From: an uncultured delta proteobacterium
Lineage (GTDB): Bacteria > Desulfobacterota > Binatia > UBA9968
Assembly: GCA_963816145.1 (NCBI GenBank)
Contig: CAWFJP010000004.1
Coordinates: 480,001-544,000, forward strand
Direction of reading: 5' to 3'
DNA: 64,000 nucleotides
The position numbers were made by a program, and so were the translations under genes. The notes beneath the pieces were generated by a model. The model ran no database searches and had not been told where the DNA came from. It saw only the letters and a list, made by a program, of their open reading frames with translations. This document shows, piece after piece, positions 28,946-38,987 of the stretch. Within the stretch, counting starts at the first letter, position 1. The number at the start of each line of letters is the position of its first letter.

Positions 28946-30978
28946 GTAGGGTCGAGGACTGGCGCGGTATCTCGTAGGTGAAACCTATCTGTTACCGTCT
29001 CTTTCGTCTGACGGTGCCTCACTAGCTCCACCGTAAACCCGTTTCCAGCCCCCGCCACCTCAAACCGGACGTGACCCTTTCGGTCATCCGGCTTTCCTGC
29101 GTCTGTTCGTCGGCGGCGCTATCTGCCTAGCGCGCTGGAGACACTTTCACCGGCGATCGATAGAAGTACTGGACACGATAATCGTCAACCAGTCCCCATT
29201 CTTTGTAGATCGCCTCGTTACTCCATCTCTTCCAGCCACAGCCAGGGCGGCCTTTCTGTTTCATTGCAAACCGGCGTATCTGCCTCATGATCGCAAAGCG
29301 TATCCAATCAAACGCCCGGCGCGAGTTGCCCACTCGGAAGTAGTGCACCCAGCCCACTATCACAGGCCGGATCTTTTCCAGGACTTCCTTGGTTGAACAA
29401 TGCCGGGAGTATTTCAAGATGTGTCTGACTCGCTTGAGCAGCTCACTCTGCTTCTTTGTCTTCGGGGTCCGCAACACGAACCGCTTGCCGAACCGATTGT
29501 GCGCCGCTCTGAAATCAAATCCCAGAAAACCAAAGCTCGCGCCGCTACCGAAGTCCACCACCTTGGTCTTTTCTTCGTTGATCTCAATCGCCACTTTCTT
29601 CAGCTCTTGGTCCAACCGCTTCTGGATCATCCCCACGTGCGGTTGCCATTGCGGATAACCATCGACCAAAATCACCATGTCATCCGCATAGCGGGTGTAC
29701 ACCACCCGTTCCCATCGCCCTTCTCTTCGCCGCTTGGCCGTTTCTTCTTCCATCGCTTGGTCCAATTCGTTTAAATACAAATTGGCCAATAGCGGTGATA
29801 GCACTCCCCCTTGCGGAACTCCTTTGGCTCCGTTGACCTTCAGGATCTGCTTGACCAGATGAAGGATTTGGGGGTCTTGCACTCTGCGAGCTAGCTTCTG
29901 AAGTAGAAGATGATGGCGAACGTTGTCGAAATAGCTCTTGAGATCAACGTCGAGGACTCGGCTGAGCCCTTGCACCAGCCCGTGAACCACGCGATCGAGC
30001 GCTTGGTGCGCTGTCCGTTTGGGCCGGTACGCAAAAGAACTGGTGTGAAAATCAGCTTCAAAGATCGCCTCCAAGATCAGCTTCACGGCTCCCTGGACCA
30101 CTCGATCTTTGATGGTGGGTATTCCCAACCGGCGCGTCTTGCCATTCCCTTTGGGAATTTCCGCCCGCCGATTCTTGCTCGGCTTGTAACTGCGTGTGAG
30201 AAGTTCTTCGCGTATGGCGCTTAGGAACTTCTCCACGCCGCGGGCCTCGATCAACGCAAAACTTTCCCCATCGATCCCCACCGTCCCATCATTCGCTTTG
30301 GCTTGCTGATACGCCGCTCTTAAGGTCTCCATCTTGATCACGTGAACGTAGAGACCCCAAAACCGCCACTGCTTCTCGGCTTTCGCCTTTCGATATATCC
30401 TTCGCCTCAGTTCTTGCAGATTAACGGAAGACTTTATCATCTCTTCCCTGCCTCACCTTGCGGTCGAAAGAATCAAACCCAGCATGGCCCCTTCGCTCCA
30501 TCCGCATTACCAGACTTCACCGCTACTACGGGCCACTCCGCCATCCTGCTGCCTTCGTCCCCTTTCCTGTCTCCAGTTATAGGGCCGACCTGCTCCGCAG
30601 ATTTCTCCACGGGGCATACAGGACTTCTCCAGTTTCTGTCGTGCCCTTGTGACCGTGTCGCCGCCAATACCCCGCCGGTGTGGAACTATCCCCTATGCCA
30701 GTCTGACATAGCCCATGCTGTCTTCGCCGAATTTTGAGCGGCTCGACCACCGAAAACTAACCCATCCTTAACGAGGCTTGCTCAGCGTTTACTCACGTTG
30801 CAACCCGGTCACTCGCTCATCAGCCCGAAGCTGACTTTGTCGGTAGGCTCCAGCATCTCGATTGCTCTCCATGCTGCTACCCAAGCTAGGCGGCTCCTGG
30901 CTCTTACCGCCGCGGGACTTCCCTCACCTAACTGACAGTTCACCCTATGGTCCACGACAGCTTTTCATCTGGACACGC
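28946..30978 (-). mobile_element. Full-length group II intron (IIB-like, endonuclease-less)
   Basis: 5' end GCGTGTCCAGATG; D5 AAGCCGGATGACCGAAAGGGTCACGTCCGGTTT; D6 ending GACCCTAC; joined flanks align with the empty paralogous site at 27812/27813. Confidence 0.9.
29127..30440 (-). CDS. ltrA: Group II intron reverse transcriptase/maturase
   Basis: RRLGIPTIKDRVVQ, GVPQGGVLSPLLANLYL, YTRYADD, FLGF, X-domain GWVHYF; no HNH domain. Confidence 0.93.
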   Translation of the reverse strand: MIKSSVNLQELRRRIYRKAKAEKQWRFWGLYVHVIKMETLRAAYQQAKANDGTVGIDGESFALIEARGVEKFLSAIREELLTRSYKPSKNRRAEIPKGNGKTRRLGIPTIKDRVVQGAVKLILEAIFEADFHTSSFAYRPKRTAHQALDRVVHGLVQGLSRVLDVDLKSYFDNVRHHLLLQKLARRVQDPQILHLVKQILKVNGAKGVPQGGVLSPLLANLYLNELDQAMEEETAKRRREGRWERVVYTRYADDMVILVDGYPQWQPHVGMIQKRLDQELKKVAIEINEEKTKVVDFGSGASFGFLGFDFRAAHNRFGKRFVLRTPKTKKQSELLKRVRHILKYSRHCSTKEVLEKIRPVIVGWVHYFRVGNSRRAFDWIRFAIMRQIRRFAMKQKGRPGCGWKRWSNEAIYKEWGLVDDYRVQYFYRSPVKVSPAR

Positions 30979-31286
30979 CAATACTCAGGCCTGACCCCGC
31001 TGTTTGCCGCTGCTTGACCCCCCTCTTGGGCTGTTCGGTCATGCGATCGCGGGGACATCGATAAAGAATCTCTCGAAGTAGGGTTTGCACTTCAAAGGTT
31101 CCAACGATTTGGCTGGTGAGCCACGGTTCAGACAAGAGAAGACTTCCGACCGCGTTTCTGGGCTCGTGACGAGTGTCTCGGTCATAAGTAAGGATGCGAC
31201 CGTTGTTTGCTCTCGAAAGTCGGATTATAAAAATATGCCGCCGTTTCCGAGCTGAGAGTCTAACCCCGGCTCATGCTTTGTGAGCC

Positions 31287-33254
31287 TCAATGAAGTCGAG
31301 TCAGCACATAGAACGAGAAGTTGTCGGATGAATCCTGTTCGCCGACCTGAATTTCATTCAATGTCTCAGATATGATCATGATTGCGCGCTTCTGGTTGAG
31401 CATGTCTGTCAACAAAGATGACGAAACAAATGTCGTCGTGATCTCTTTGCGGGTGACGGTAGAATCAACTGCGTGACCGAGAATCTTTCCGTTGTAACTA
31501 ACCCGATACTTTTCGGGGGTTGGGAGGGACGGAGGTTTGCCGAAGAGCGCCTCGCTTAGCCTGAGACCCGAACTCGACACCTCGTAATTTCCCTCGGCAA
31601 CGAACACGTTTCCTTTAATCGTTATTCGAAGTTCACAATTTGGACCTCGCCACCGCCCAACGTGTTCAACTATGTCATCTTGTGCAGCTGCAAGACCATA
31701 TTCTCTATAGAAATCGCTTAAGGGTCTTGCTTTGTCTAACACTACATTTTCCTTATTCTGTTCCTCGATTGGTACGACTTTGATTCTTGCGATCGCGTGG
31801 CCAATATTCTGATGATAATCAGTCATCTTGATTGCCCGATCGCAAATTTCAGTTGCTTCTGCAAGAAACCCTGATTTGATTAGTTTTTGCGCAAGATTAC
31901 TCATCGCTAAGGTTTCCCCAAGGGCCTCAGCTTTTCTATAGGCATCTACAGACTTGCTTGGAAGATCCGACACATCAAATTGGACTCCGAGATTGTTCCA
32001 AGCCATCGAGTGTCGCCGATCGTAAGGGATTTTTGAATAGTGGTAAAGCGAGAGTTCGTTTTGGTTGGCTTGAGAATAATTGTAAGCAAGGGAGAAGCGC
32101 GAGTCCACGTCATCCGGGCGAAGTTGTAATAGCCGCTCTGTTAAACCGAACAACAAGTGTTTTTCTTTTTCGATGTCCGCAGCTTTGCGCAAGGTATCCA
32201 ACAAAATAATCTCTCCACCATCCGCTTGAGGTGCAAGGACTTTCATTTGTTTGACGATGTCCTGGCTTCGCTCTTTACGTCGCGCTCGCACAAACGCGAG
32301 GGCGGCATCACCAAGTCTTGCCAATATAACCTTCTTGTCTTCGCTTTTGTCTGCAGCAACGAGGAAACATTCTCCGGCTTTATCGTGTTCTGCGTACTTC
32401 TGATAGCCGAGGCCGAAATACCTTTGAATATCACTATTGTCACGATACTTATTTGCTAACGCCTCAAGCTTAGTGAGCGCACCACCTTTCCCTAGATCTA
32501 GTCGCAGATATTCACCGCGAGCCTCCCATCTCTGTCTGTTTGCTTCAATCTGCCCTTCATCAGTGGCAAAGAACGCCTCAGTGATCCGCTTCTCGCCATT
32601 GGTATCTCCCGTTAAGATCATATGAAACACAGCGAATTCGTAATCTTGCCTGTGCCAGTCTTGTTTCGGCTCTAACCACTCCGGAGACGTCGTTGCGTGT
32701 GGTGTGGGTGTATCGTCGGCTGCCGCCGACATATCTGTCTCGGGAATAAAGATAGATTTTGCTTTCGGCCGGAGAGATTGGATCATCTCTAGGAGCTTTC
32801 CAAACGATTTTTCTGGTGCGCTACGTTCAAACGGTATGTATTCCAGATTCCCCTGTAGTCCCCCCGGTTGCCGTAATCCACTTTCTACTAAAAGGATCAG
32901 TTCCATGCCTCGTCCGATTGCTAGTCCAATTTCTTGAATTATCCAGTCAGAGGTTTTTGGTGAGTATCGATCTTCAGGGCCATTTAGTAACTTGCGCCTG
33001 AATTTATTTCTAGAGAGATGCACCGTATCTATAACGGCTTCCTTTCGTGTACAGATACCAATAAACAAGTTTTTGTCTTTAATAAGATTCAAAACCTTAT
33101 CCGCGAGATCTTTCGGCTCCGCAGGTTCAGCGCTTTCCCAGCTGAATTCAATTTCCATGCTTTTGATCTGGTTAAAATACTTTAGAAATGCCTCGACAAC
33201 CGAATGATCGTCGGCTGTAAAGCTGTGGCCTACAAAAGCATTAAGCTGAGTCAT
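31287..33254 (-). CDS. TIR-like domain + TPR repeats + beta-rich C-terminal domain (candidate defence protein)
   Basis: AFVGHS, LFIGICT, SDWIIQEIGLA, LILLVE; TPR-like AWNNLGV..YRKA, AMSNLA; visibly AT-rich. Confidence 0.65.
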   Translation of the reverse strand: MTQLNAFVGHSFTADDHSVVEAFLKYFNQIKSMEIEFSWESAEPAEPKDLADKVLNLIKDKNLFIGICTRKEAVIDTVHLSRNKFRRKLLNGPEDRYSPKTSDWIIQEIGLAIGRGMELILLVESGLRQPGGLQGNLEYIPFERSAPEKSFGKLLEMIQSLRPKAKSIFIPETDMSAAADDTPTPHATTSPEWLEPKQDWHRQDYEFAVFHMILTGDTNGEKRITEAFFATDEGQIEANRQRWEARGEYLRLDLGKGGALTKLEALANKYRDNSDIQRYFGLGYQKYAEHDKAGECFLVAADKSEDKKVILARLGDAALAFVRARRKERSQDIVKQMKVLAPQADGGEIILLDTLRKAADIEKEKHLLFGLTERLLQLRPDDVDSRFSLAYNYSQANQNELSLYHYSKIPYDRRHSMAWNNLGVQFDVSDLPSKSVDAYRKAEALGETLAMSNLAQKLIKSGFLAEATEICDRAIKMTDYHQNIGHAIARIKVVPIEEQNKENVVLDKARPLSDFYREYGLAAAQDDIVEHVGRWRGPNCELRITIKGNVFVAEGNYEVSSSGLRLSEALFGKPPSLPTPEKYRVSYNGKILGHAVDSTVTRKEITTTFVSSSLLTDMLNQKRAIMIISETLNEIQVGEQDSSDNFSFYVLTRLH

Positions 33255-33277
33255 TTTCTTGTCACCTCAAAACGACG

Positions 33278-33304
33278 AGGGGCAGGTTTCAAACCTGCCC
33301 CTAC
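33278..33304. repeat. GTAG-type REP palindrome
   Basis: AGGGGCAGGTTT-c-AAACCTGCCCCT-AC; a similar element at ~38829-38850. Confidence 0.7.
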
Positions 33305-33333
33305 ATAAGTTGCGAAAATGTAATTAGCCTTTC

Positions 33334-35619
33334 TTACGCCTTCCCCGCCTCCTTCAACGCCCGCAGCACATTCTCCGGACTGAGCGGCAGCTTGGTCACC
33401 CGCACGCCGGTCGCGTTGAAGATCGCGTTGGCGATGCAGGCCATGGGCGGGACGCAGGCGATTTCGCCGGCGCCTTTGGCGCCGTAGGGGCCGGCGCCGG
33501 GGTAGCCTTCGACCAGCGTGGTTTCGATGCGCGGCATCATGTTGATGGTCGGCATCAGATAGTCGACGAAGCTTGGGTTCAAGGTCCGGCCGTCTTTGTC
33601 GAAGACGACTTGCTCGCACAACGCCTGGCCGATGCTCATCGCGGCGGCGCCTTCGATCTGGCCTTCGGCGGCTGCTCTATGAATCGGCTGGCCGATGTCG
33701 TGGACGGCGACGTATTTTAAAATTTTCACGTTGCCGGTGTCCGGTGCTCGACTTCGACGATGCAGGCGTGGGCCGTGAAGGGCTGGGAGCTGCCGTGGGC
33801 TTTTTCCTCGGCCATCAATGCAAGGTTGTCGCAGTAGCCGCGGCCGATGACTTCGCCGATGACGTTGTGCGCGTCGGTGGCGACGGTGGCGAGAGGGACG
33901 CTTTTCGCCGGCGTGCCTTTGACCCGAATCTGCTTGTCGACGATCTCCAAATCTTCCGGGCTCGCTTCCAGTTTGCCGGCGGCCATTTTGAATAGCTGAT
34001 TGCGCGCGTCGATGGCGGCGAGCCGAGACGCGGTGCCGGAAACCAGGATGCCGCGGCTGCCGACCGTGCCGGCGTCCCATGGACTGGCGTCGGTATCGAC
34101 GTTCGACCACGGTGACATCGGTCACCGGTATGCCGAGCTCTTCGGCGACGATCATTGGAATACCGAAACCGGGGATGGTGCCCATGTCGATCTTGCCGAT
34201 ATGGACCGTCACCGAGCCGTCTTCGTTGACTTTGACGATGGAGCCGCCGCCGGGACCGGCGCTTTCGATCCATGAGCCGGTGGCCAGGCCGATGCCCTGG
34301 TTCTTTTCCAGCTTCACTTTGCCCCAGCCGATTTTCTCCTTGGCGATCTTGATGGTCTCGCCGAGCGAAACATCGCGTAGCTTGGGCACGCCGACGATCT
34401 TATCGCCCGCCTTGGGCATGTTCTTCATGCGGAGTTCCGTTGGGTCCATGCCGAGCTTGGCGGCGATGGAGTCCATATGCGATTCGACAGCGAAGGCCGC
34501 TTGCGGGCCGCCGGGGCCGCGCACCGGGCCGCAGACCTGTTTGTTGGTGTAGACGGTGAAGCCTTCGATGTGGCAGTTGGGCATCAAGTACCAGCCGCCG
34601 AGCATGTTGGTGCAGCGGCCGCCCGCTTGAACGCCGAAGCCCGAATAGCCGCCGGCATCGTAGAAAACTTTACCGGTGCGAGCGACAATGGTGCCGTCTT
34701 TTTTCACGCCGGTCTTGATGTACATGCGCGCACCCGCGCGAATGGTCGTCGAGATGGTTTCCTCAGCCTTATCGAGAACGATCATCACCGCGCGCTTGGT
34801 CTTGATCGCCAACAGGCCGCAGATCGGTTCTACGGCGGCGCTGGAGGTGATGCCGCTGCCCTTGCCGCCGAAACCGCCACCCAAGCCGGTGGAGATGACG
34901 CGAACGTCATTCAATCGCAACCCTAGCATCTTCGCGGTTTCCTGGCGCACCGGGAAGGGCGCCTGGGCGTTGGCCCAGACGGTGAGCCGGCCGTTGGGTT
35001 CCATCTGCGCCGCGGCGATGCGCGGTTCCAAATACTGCGGATGGATCATCTTGGTGTCGTAAACTTCCTCGACTACGAGATCGGCTTCGGACATAGCCTT
35101 GTCGGGATCGCCGACATGGACGACGGCGTGGCCGCAGACATTTTTCATGTCTGCGGGAGCGGTTTTTGGCAGCGGCATGTCGTCATGCAGCACCGGCGCG
35201 GTGGGTTTGGTTGCCTCTTCAGCATCGATGACTACCGGCAGCGGCTCGTAATTGACTTTGATCTTCTTGAGTGCGGCCTTGGCGATGGCCGGGGTATCGG
35301 CGGCGACGGCCGCGACCGGGTCGCCCATGAAACGGACTTTACCGCGCGCGAGGATGTGGCGGTCGATGTAGCTGCGGCCGTAGCGCACATTCGGCGCATC
35401 AGCCGATGTGACCACGGCGTGGACGCCGGGGACTTTCTTTGCTTCGCTGGTGTCGATGCTGACAATTTTCGCGTGGGCGTATTGGCTGCGCAGGATCGCG
35501 CCATGGAGTTGGTCTTTGAGCATCAAGTCGATGCCGTAAACGCCCTTGCCGATGACGCGCTCGATGCCGCCCATTCGGGCGGGGCTGGTGCCGATGAATT
35601 TGAATTCAGCTTTTGCCAT
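33334..35619 (-). CDS. Xanthine dehydrogenase-family molybdopterin-binding subunit (compensating frameshifts ~34105 and ~33745)
   Basis: LRSQYAHA, GLGGGFGGK, VRGPGGPQ, EGQIEG, GAKGAGE; the correct middle segment lies in the 33726-34118 frame (DTDASPWDAGTVGSRG). Confidence 0.9.
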   Translation of the reverse strand: MAKAEFKFIGTSPARMGGIERVIGKGVYGIDLMLKDQLHGAILRSQYAHAKIVSIDTSEAKKVPGVHAVVTSADAPNVRYGRSYIDRHILARGKVRFMGDPVAAVAADTPAIAKAALKKIKVNYEPLPVVIDAEEATKPTAPVLHDDMPLPKTAPADMKNVCGHAVVHVGDPDKAMSEADLVVEEVYDTKMIHPQYLEPRIAAAQMEPNGRLTVWANAQAPFPVRQETAKMLGLRLNDVRVISTGLGGGFGGKGSGITSSAAVEPICGLLAIKTKRAVMIVLDKAEETISTTIRAGARMYIKTGVKKDGTIVARTGKVFYDAGGYSGFGVQAGGRCTNMLGGWYLMPNCHIEGFTVYTNKQVCGPVRGPGGPQAAFAVESHMDSIAAKLGMDPTELRMKNMPKAGDKIVGVPKLRDVSLGETIKIAKEKIGWGKVKLEKNQGIGLATGSWIESAGPGGGSIVKVNEDGSVTVHIGKIDMGTIPGFGIPMIVAEELGIPVTDVTVVERRYRRQSMGRRHGRQPRHPGFRHRVSARRHRRAQSAIQNGRRQTGSEPGRFGDRRQADSGQRHAGEKRPSRHRRHRRAQRHRRSHRPRLLRQPCIDGRGKSPRQLPALHGPRLHRRSRAPDTGNVKILKYVAVHDIGQPIHRAAAEGQIEGAAAMSIGQALCEQVVFDKDGRTLNPSFVDYLMPTINMMPRIETTLVEGYPGAGPYGAKGAGEIACVPPMACIANAIFNATGVRVTKLPLSPENVLRALKEAGKA

Positions 35620-35649
35620 GACTGGTCTCCTAATCTGCTTAAGAAATTT

Positions 35650-35725
35650 TCCCGCAAAGGCGCAAAGGCGCCAAGGTAAGAAATAAACACTCCTCCGAAC
35701 TTTGCGTCTTTGCGCCTTGGCGGGA
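35650..35725. repeat. 8-bp-periodic inverted repeat between the S and L subunit genes
   Basis: TCCCGCAAAGGCGCAAAGGCGCCAAG ... CTTTGCGTCTTTGCGCCTTGGCGGGA; related sequence near 57684 and 57789. Confidence 0.65.
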
Positions 35726-35751
35726 GATCATTTTCTTCTCGGGTTCTTTCC

Positions 35752-36216
35752 TTAGAGCTTCGATGCCGCGAGGTGGATCGCGTCGACGATCTTGTTGTAG
35801 CCGGTGCAGCGGCAGATGTTGCCGGAGACCGCTTCTTCGATGTCCGCCGGTGTCGGCTTGGTGGTGCGGTCGAGCAGCGCTTTCACCGACATGATGTAGC
35901 CCGGCGTGCAGTAGCCGCACTGCACCGCGCCGGTGTCGATGAAGGCTTGTTGCACCGGGTGGAGCTTTTCGCCCTCGGCCAAGCCTTCGATGGTAGTGAT
36001 CTTGGCGCCGTTGGCGTCGGCGGCAAGTGTCACGCAGGAATTGATCGGCTTGCCGTTGTAGATCACCGTGCAGGCGCCGCACTCGCCGGTGTTGCAGCAC
36101 AGCTTGCTGCCCTTCATTTCCAAAGTGTCGCGGAGAAACTCCAACAGCGAAGTCGATGCCTCGGCGCTGGCGCTGACCGCTTGGCCATTGATGGTCGTAT
36201 TGATCGTGACGGACAT
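35752..36216 (-). CDS. [2Fe-2S] subunit (CoxS/CutS-like)
   Basis: CCNTGECGACTV, QCGYCTPG, NICRCTGY. Confidence 0.93.
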   Translation of the reverse strand: MSVTINTTINGQAVSASAEASTSLLEFLRDTLEMKGSKLCCNTGECGACTVIYNGKPINSCVTLAADANGAKITTIEGLAEGEKLHPVQQAFIDTGAVQCGYCTPGYIMSVKALLDRTTKPTPADIEEAVSGNICRCTGYNKIVDAIHLAASKL

Positions 36217-37079
36217 TATGCAACCTCCTTGCCGGTGGCGGCTTTCCAAGTTTGTTCGAGACCGCGGCGGGTCAATGCTTCGACGATCCAGCGGCGGTTC
36301 TCGGCGCTGCTGCGCTGATCGCTGATCGGGCTCGCTTCGCTCGCTGCTAGCGTGCCGGCTTCTTTCAACAGGGCGGCGGTGAGCGGCTTGCCCTTTAGCA
36401 ATGCTTCAGTCTTCGGCGCGCGCACCGGCGTCGGCGCCACGGCGCCCAAGCCGATGCGAACATCTTTCACGTTGCCGGCGTCGGCGCTGAGCAGGACAGC
36501 GACGCCGACCATGGCGATGTCCATGGCGCCGCGCACGGCGTGCTTCAAATAAACGCCTTTGCTGCCCGCCGGCGGAATCGGCACTTCGATCTCCGTCAAC
36601 AAGCCTTTGACACCGGCCGCGCTCTTGCCCGGGCCGTGAAAAAATGACTTGAACGGTTCGCTGCGCTCGCCGTCGGAAAAGGCGAGGATCGCGTTAGCTT
36701 CCAACACCAGGAGCGGCGTCAGGGTTTCGCCGGAGGGTGAGGCGCGGCAGATATTACCGCCGATGGTGGCGGTGTTGCGCACCTGCAGCGAGGCGAACTG
36801 GTGCGCCGATTCCCAGAGCACCGGCAGCTTGTCGCGCACAATGGCGCTGGTTTCGATCTCGCGGATGGTCGTCAGCGCGCCGATGCGCAGCGTGCCGCCG
36901 CTTTCCGAGATGCCGGCGAGGCTCGGGATTTTTTTGATATTGACCAGACAGCCCGGCTCTTCCTTGAATTTAATATCCACCATCACGTCGGTGCCGCCGG
37001 CGATCACCTTGGCCTCGTTGCCATGTTTGGACAACAGCGCCAAAGCGTCGCTGATCGATTTCGGTTCAAAGTATTCCAT
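36216..37079 (-). CDS. FAD-binding subunit (CoxM/CutM-like)
   Basis: IAGGTD, QVRNTATIGGN, GAVAPTP, PISDQRSS. Confidence 0.93.
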   Translation of the reverse strand: MEYFEPKSISDALALLSKHGNEAKVIAGGTDVMVDIKFKEEPGCLVNIKKIPSLAGISESGGTLRIGALTTIREIETSAIVRDKLPVLWESAHQFASLQVRNTATIGGNICRASPSGETLTPLLVLEANAILAFSDGERSEPFKSFFHGPGKSAAGVKGLLTEIEVPIPPAGSKGVYLKHAVRGAMDIAMVGVAVLLSADAGNVKDVRIGLGAVAPTPVRAPKTEALLKGKPLTAALLKEAGTLAASEASPISDQRSSAENRRWIVEALTRRGLEQTWKAATGKEVA

Positions 37080-37262
37080 GGTATTTCCTCATTATGGGTT
37101 TTTGTCTCATTGGAACTGTGTCTTAGCCCAAGTCGCGTGATATTGGCAAGGGCAGCAGAGGATTTGCCGGAGTAAATCCGCGGAAATATCACTGAGACTG
37201 GCGGCTCCGGACCTATGGGTCGTTAAAGACACCTGGCAGCGAGAACTTGAGGCTTACTGTAG

Positions 37263-37601
37263 ATGAAGCGAGATCCGCAGCGGGTCGCGCGCCCCAAAGA
37301 AGCCGGCAGATGGCGCGATTGGTTTATGCCGGCGGATGTCGAATACGATCGGCCATTGTTTCAAGACTTTCTCGTCAAATACGCATACGAACTGGACTGG
37401 ACGTTGAATCCCAATCCGCGCATCGCGGCGGAACATTCCACGCTCTACGTGCAGAGAATGCTCGAAGAGGGCATCGAAGCACGGCGCAAGGCGAAATCCC
37501 GACTTCGCGCCAGGTTCAAAGCTTGGCGATTCGTTGGATCATTCTTGAGCGCTTGGACTGGTTCGCTTGCCGCAGGCACCGGTTGTTTTCTCCAGCTCTG
37601 A
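37263..37601 (+). CDS. Hypothetical protein
   Basis: Plausible ORF filling the gap; no motif recognised. Confidence 0.35.
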   Translation: MKRDPQRVARPKEAGRWRDWFMPADVEYDRPLFQDFLVKYAYELDWTLNPNPRIAAEHSTLYVQRMLEEGIEARRKAKSRLRARFKAWRFVGSFLSAWTGSLAAGTGCFLQL

Positions 37602-37750
37602 TGGAATCGCTCGCCGGACTCATTATCGCGAAAAATTCGTTGAAGTCTTAACTAAACTCACCTTGCAGTTTGTATCTACCGAGAATATAGAATCAGTGCA
37701 TTCACGCAGCCGGCGTTGATCATTTTTGAGCCGCTAAAGGAATTTAATCG

Positions 37751-38791
37751 ATGCGATTGCCACACCGCGACCCGATTCAGCTGGGTCTGACAGCTTACGA
37801 ACTGTTTCAAGAAAAAGAGGGGATTCCCTCGGTCACCGGTTTTTTCATCGAAGACCTGATGGACGTCGAGGTCAAGCCCTGGGCGCGCATGGGGGCGCTC
37901 GGATTCGTATCTGAATCTCGGCGAGCAGCAGGAGACACGACGCTTATATTTGCGAGATCCCCGCCGGCAAACAGACCGAGCCGCAGCATCATATGTTCGA
38001 GACGCTCGATCTACATTCACAAAGGGCGCGGCGCGACCACGGTTTGGTTCGAGGGCGACGCCAAGCAGACTTTCGAGTGGGCCGCCGGGGCGATCTTTGC
38101 GATTCCGCTCAACGTTTCCTACCAGCACTTCAATGTTTCTAACGAGCCGGTGCGCTTTCTTGCCGGCACCAACGCGCCCCATGTGATCAATTTGTTTCAC
38201 AACGAAGATTTTATTTTTCGCAATCCGTTTCAGTTCCGCGATCGCTTCACGCCGGAGCGGGAATTTTTCAACTACAATAAGAAACTAACGGTGCGCTCGT
38301 GGGAATCGAACCTAGTTCCTGACGTCAACACTTTTACCCTCGACGATTATCCGATGAAGGGCAAGGGCGTGAAGATCATGCGCTTCGGTCTTGCCGGCAC
38401 GACTTACGGCTGCCACGTGCAGGAATTCCCCGCTGGCAGTCGCAGCCTGTTTCACCGCCATGGCCCGGGTGCCATCGTGTGCGTAACTCAGGGAACGGGC
38501 TTCGCAATGGTGTGGCGCGACGGCGAGGAGCGCACGCGCTTCGAGATCAAGCCCGGTTCGATCTATTCGCCCGGCGATCTCATGTACCACGGCCATTTCA
38601 ACACCGGCCACACAACGCTGCGCCACTTCGCCATGCGCGGCCGCAGTCCAAAGTTCAGCCAGGATCGCTTCCGCACCAAGCTGCATGAGATGATTCCGCT
38701 CGACGAAGAGCCGCCGGAGATTCATCCGATGTATTTGGCAGAGTTAAAGCGCAATGGCGTGAAGTCGGAGATATCCGTGGTTGAAGAGTAG
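37751..38791 (+). CDS. Bicupin protein (gentisate dioxygenase-like fold); garbled segment 37905-38010
   Basis: GRGATTVW, FEWAAGAIFAIPLN..QHFN, HRHGPGA, YHGHFN; paralog of 63107; alternative frame gives DAYICEIPAGKQTEPQHHMFE. Confidence 0.8.
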   Translation: MRLPHRDPIQLGLTAYELFQEKEGIPSVTGFFIEDLMDVEVKPWARMGALGFVSESRRAAGDTTLIFARSPPANRPSRSIICSRRSIYIHKGRGATTVWFEGDAKQTFEWAAGAIFAIPLNVSYQHFNVSNEPVRFLAGTNAPHVINLFHNEDFIFRNPFQFRDRFTPEREFFNYNKKLTVRSWESNLVPDVNTFTLDDYPMKGKGVKIMRFGLAGTTYGCHVQEFPAGSRSLFHRHGPGAIVCVTQGTGFAMVWRDGEERTRFEIKPGSIYSPGDLMYHGHFNTGHTTLRHFAMRGRSPKFSQDRFRTKLHEMIPLDEEPPEIHPMYLAELKRNGVKSEISVVEE

Positions 38792-38798
38792 AGAGAAT

Positions 38799-38968
38799 TA
38801 ACCACAAAGAGCACAAAAGGCACAAAATAGGGGCGCAGCATGCTGCGCCCTCGGAGTCGGGACAACAGGCGCAAGGAACACAAGGGCGACAAAGTAAAAA
38901 GCTAATTCACCACTAAGGCATAGAAAATAAATTTCTTTCCTTCGTGTCCTTCGTGCCTTCGTGGTGAA
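38799..38968. repeat. Cluster of 9-bp-periodic repeats and a REP hairpin
   Basis: CACAAAGAGCACAAAAGGCACAAAA; GGGCGCAGCATGCTGCGCCC; TTCGTGTCCTTCGTGCCTTCGTGGTGAA. Confidence 0.65.
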
Positions 38969-38987
38969 CCAAATCCGGGGAGAATTT

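Noticed and set aside
29127-30440. RT as a retron, DGR or defence-associated RT
   Set aside because: It has a maturase X domain and is embedded in a group II intron with clear D5/D6
23900-33300. Integron cassette array
   Set aside because: No integrase and no convincing attC sites (RYYYAAC...GTTRRRY) found; gene orientations are mixed
33334-37079. Aerobic CO dehydrogenase (coxMSL)
   Set aside because: Active-site loop reads VRGPG, not AYxCSFR or AYxGAGR; substrate unknown
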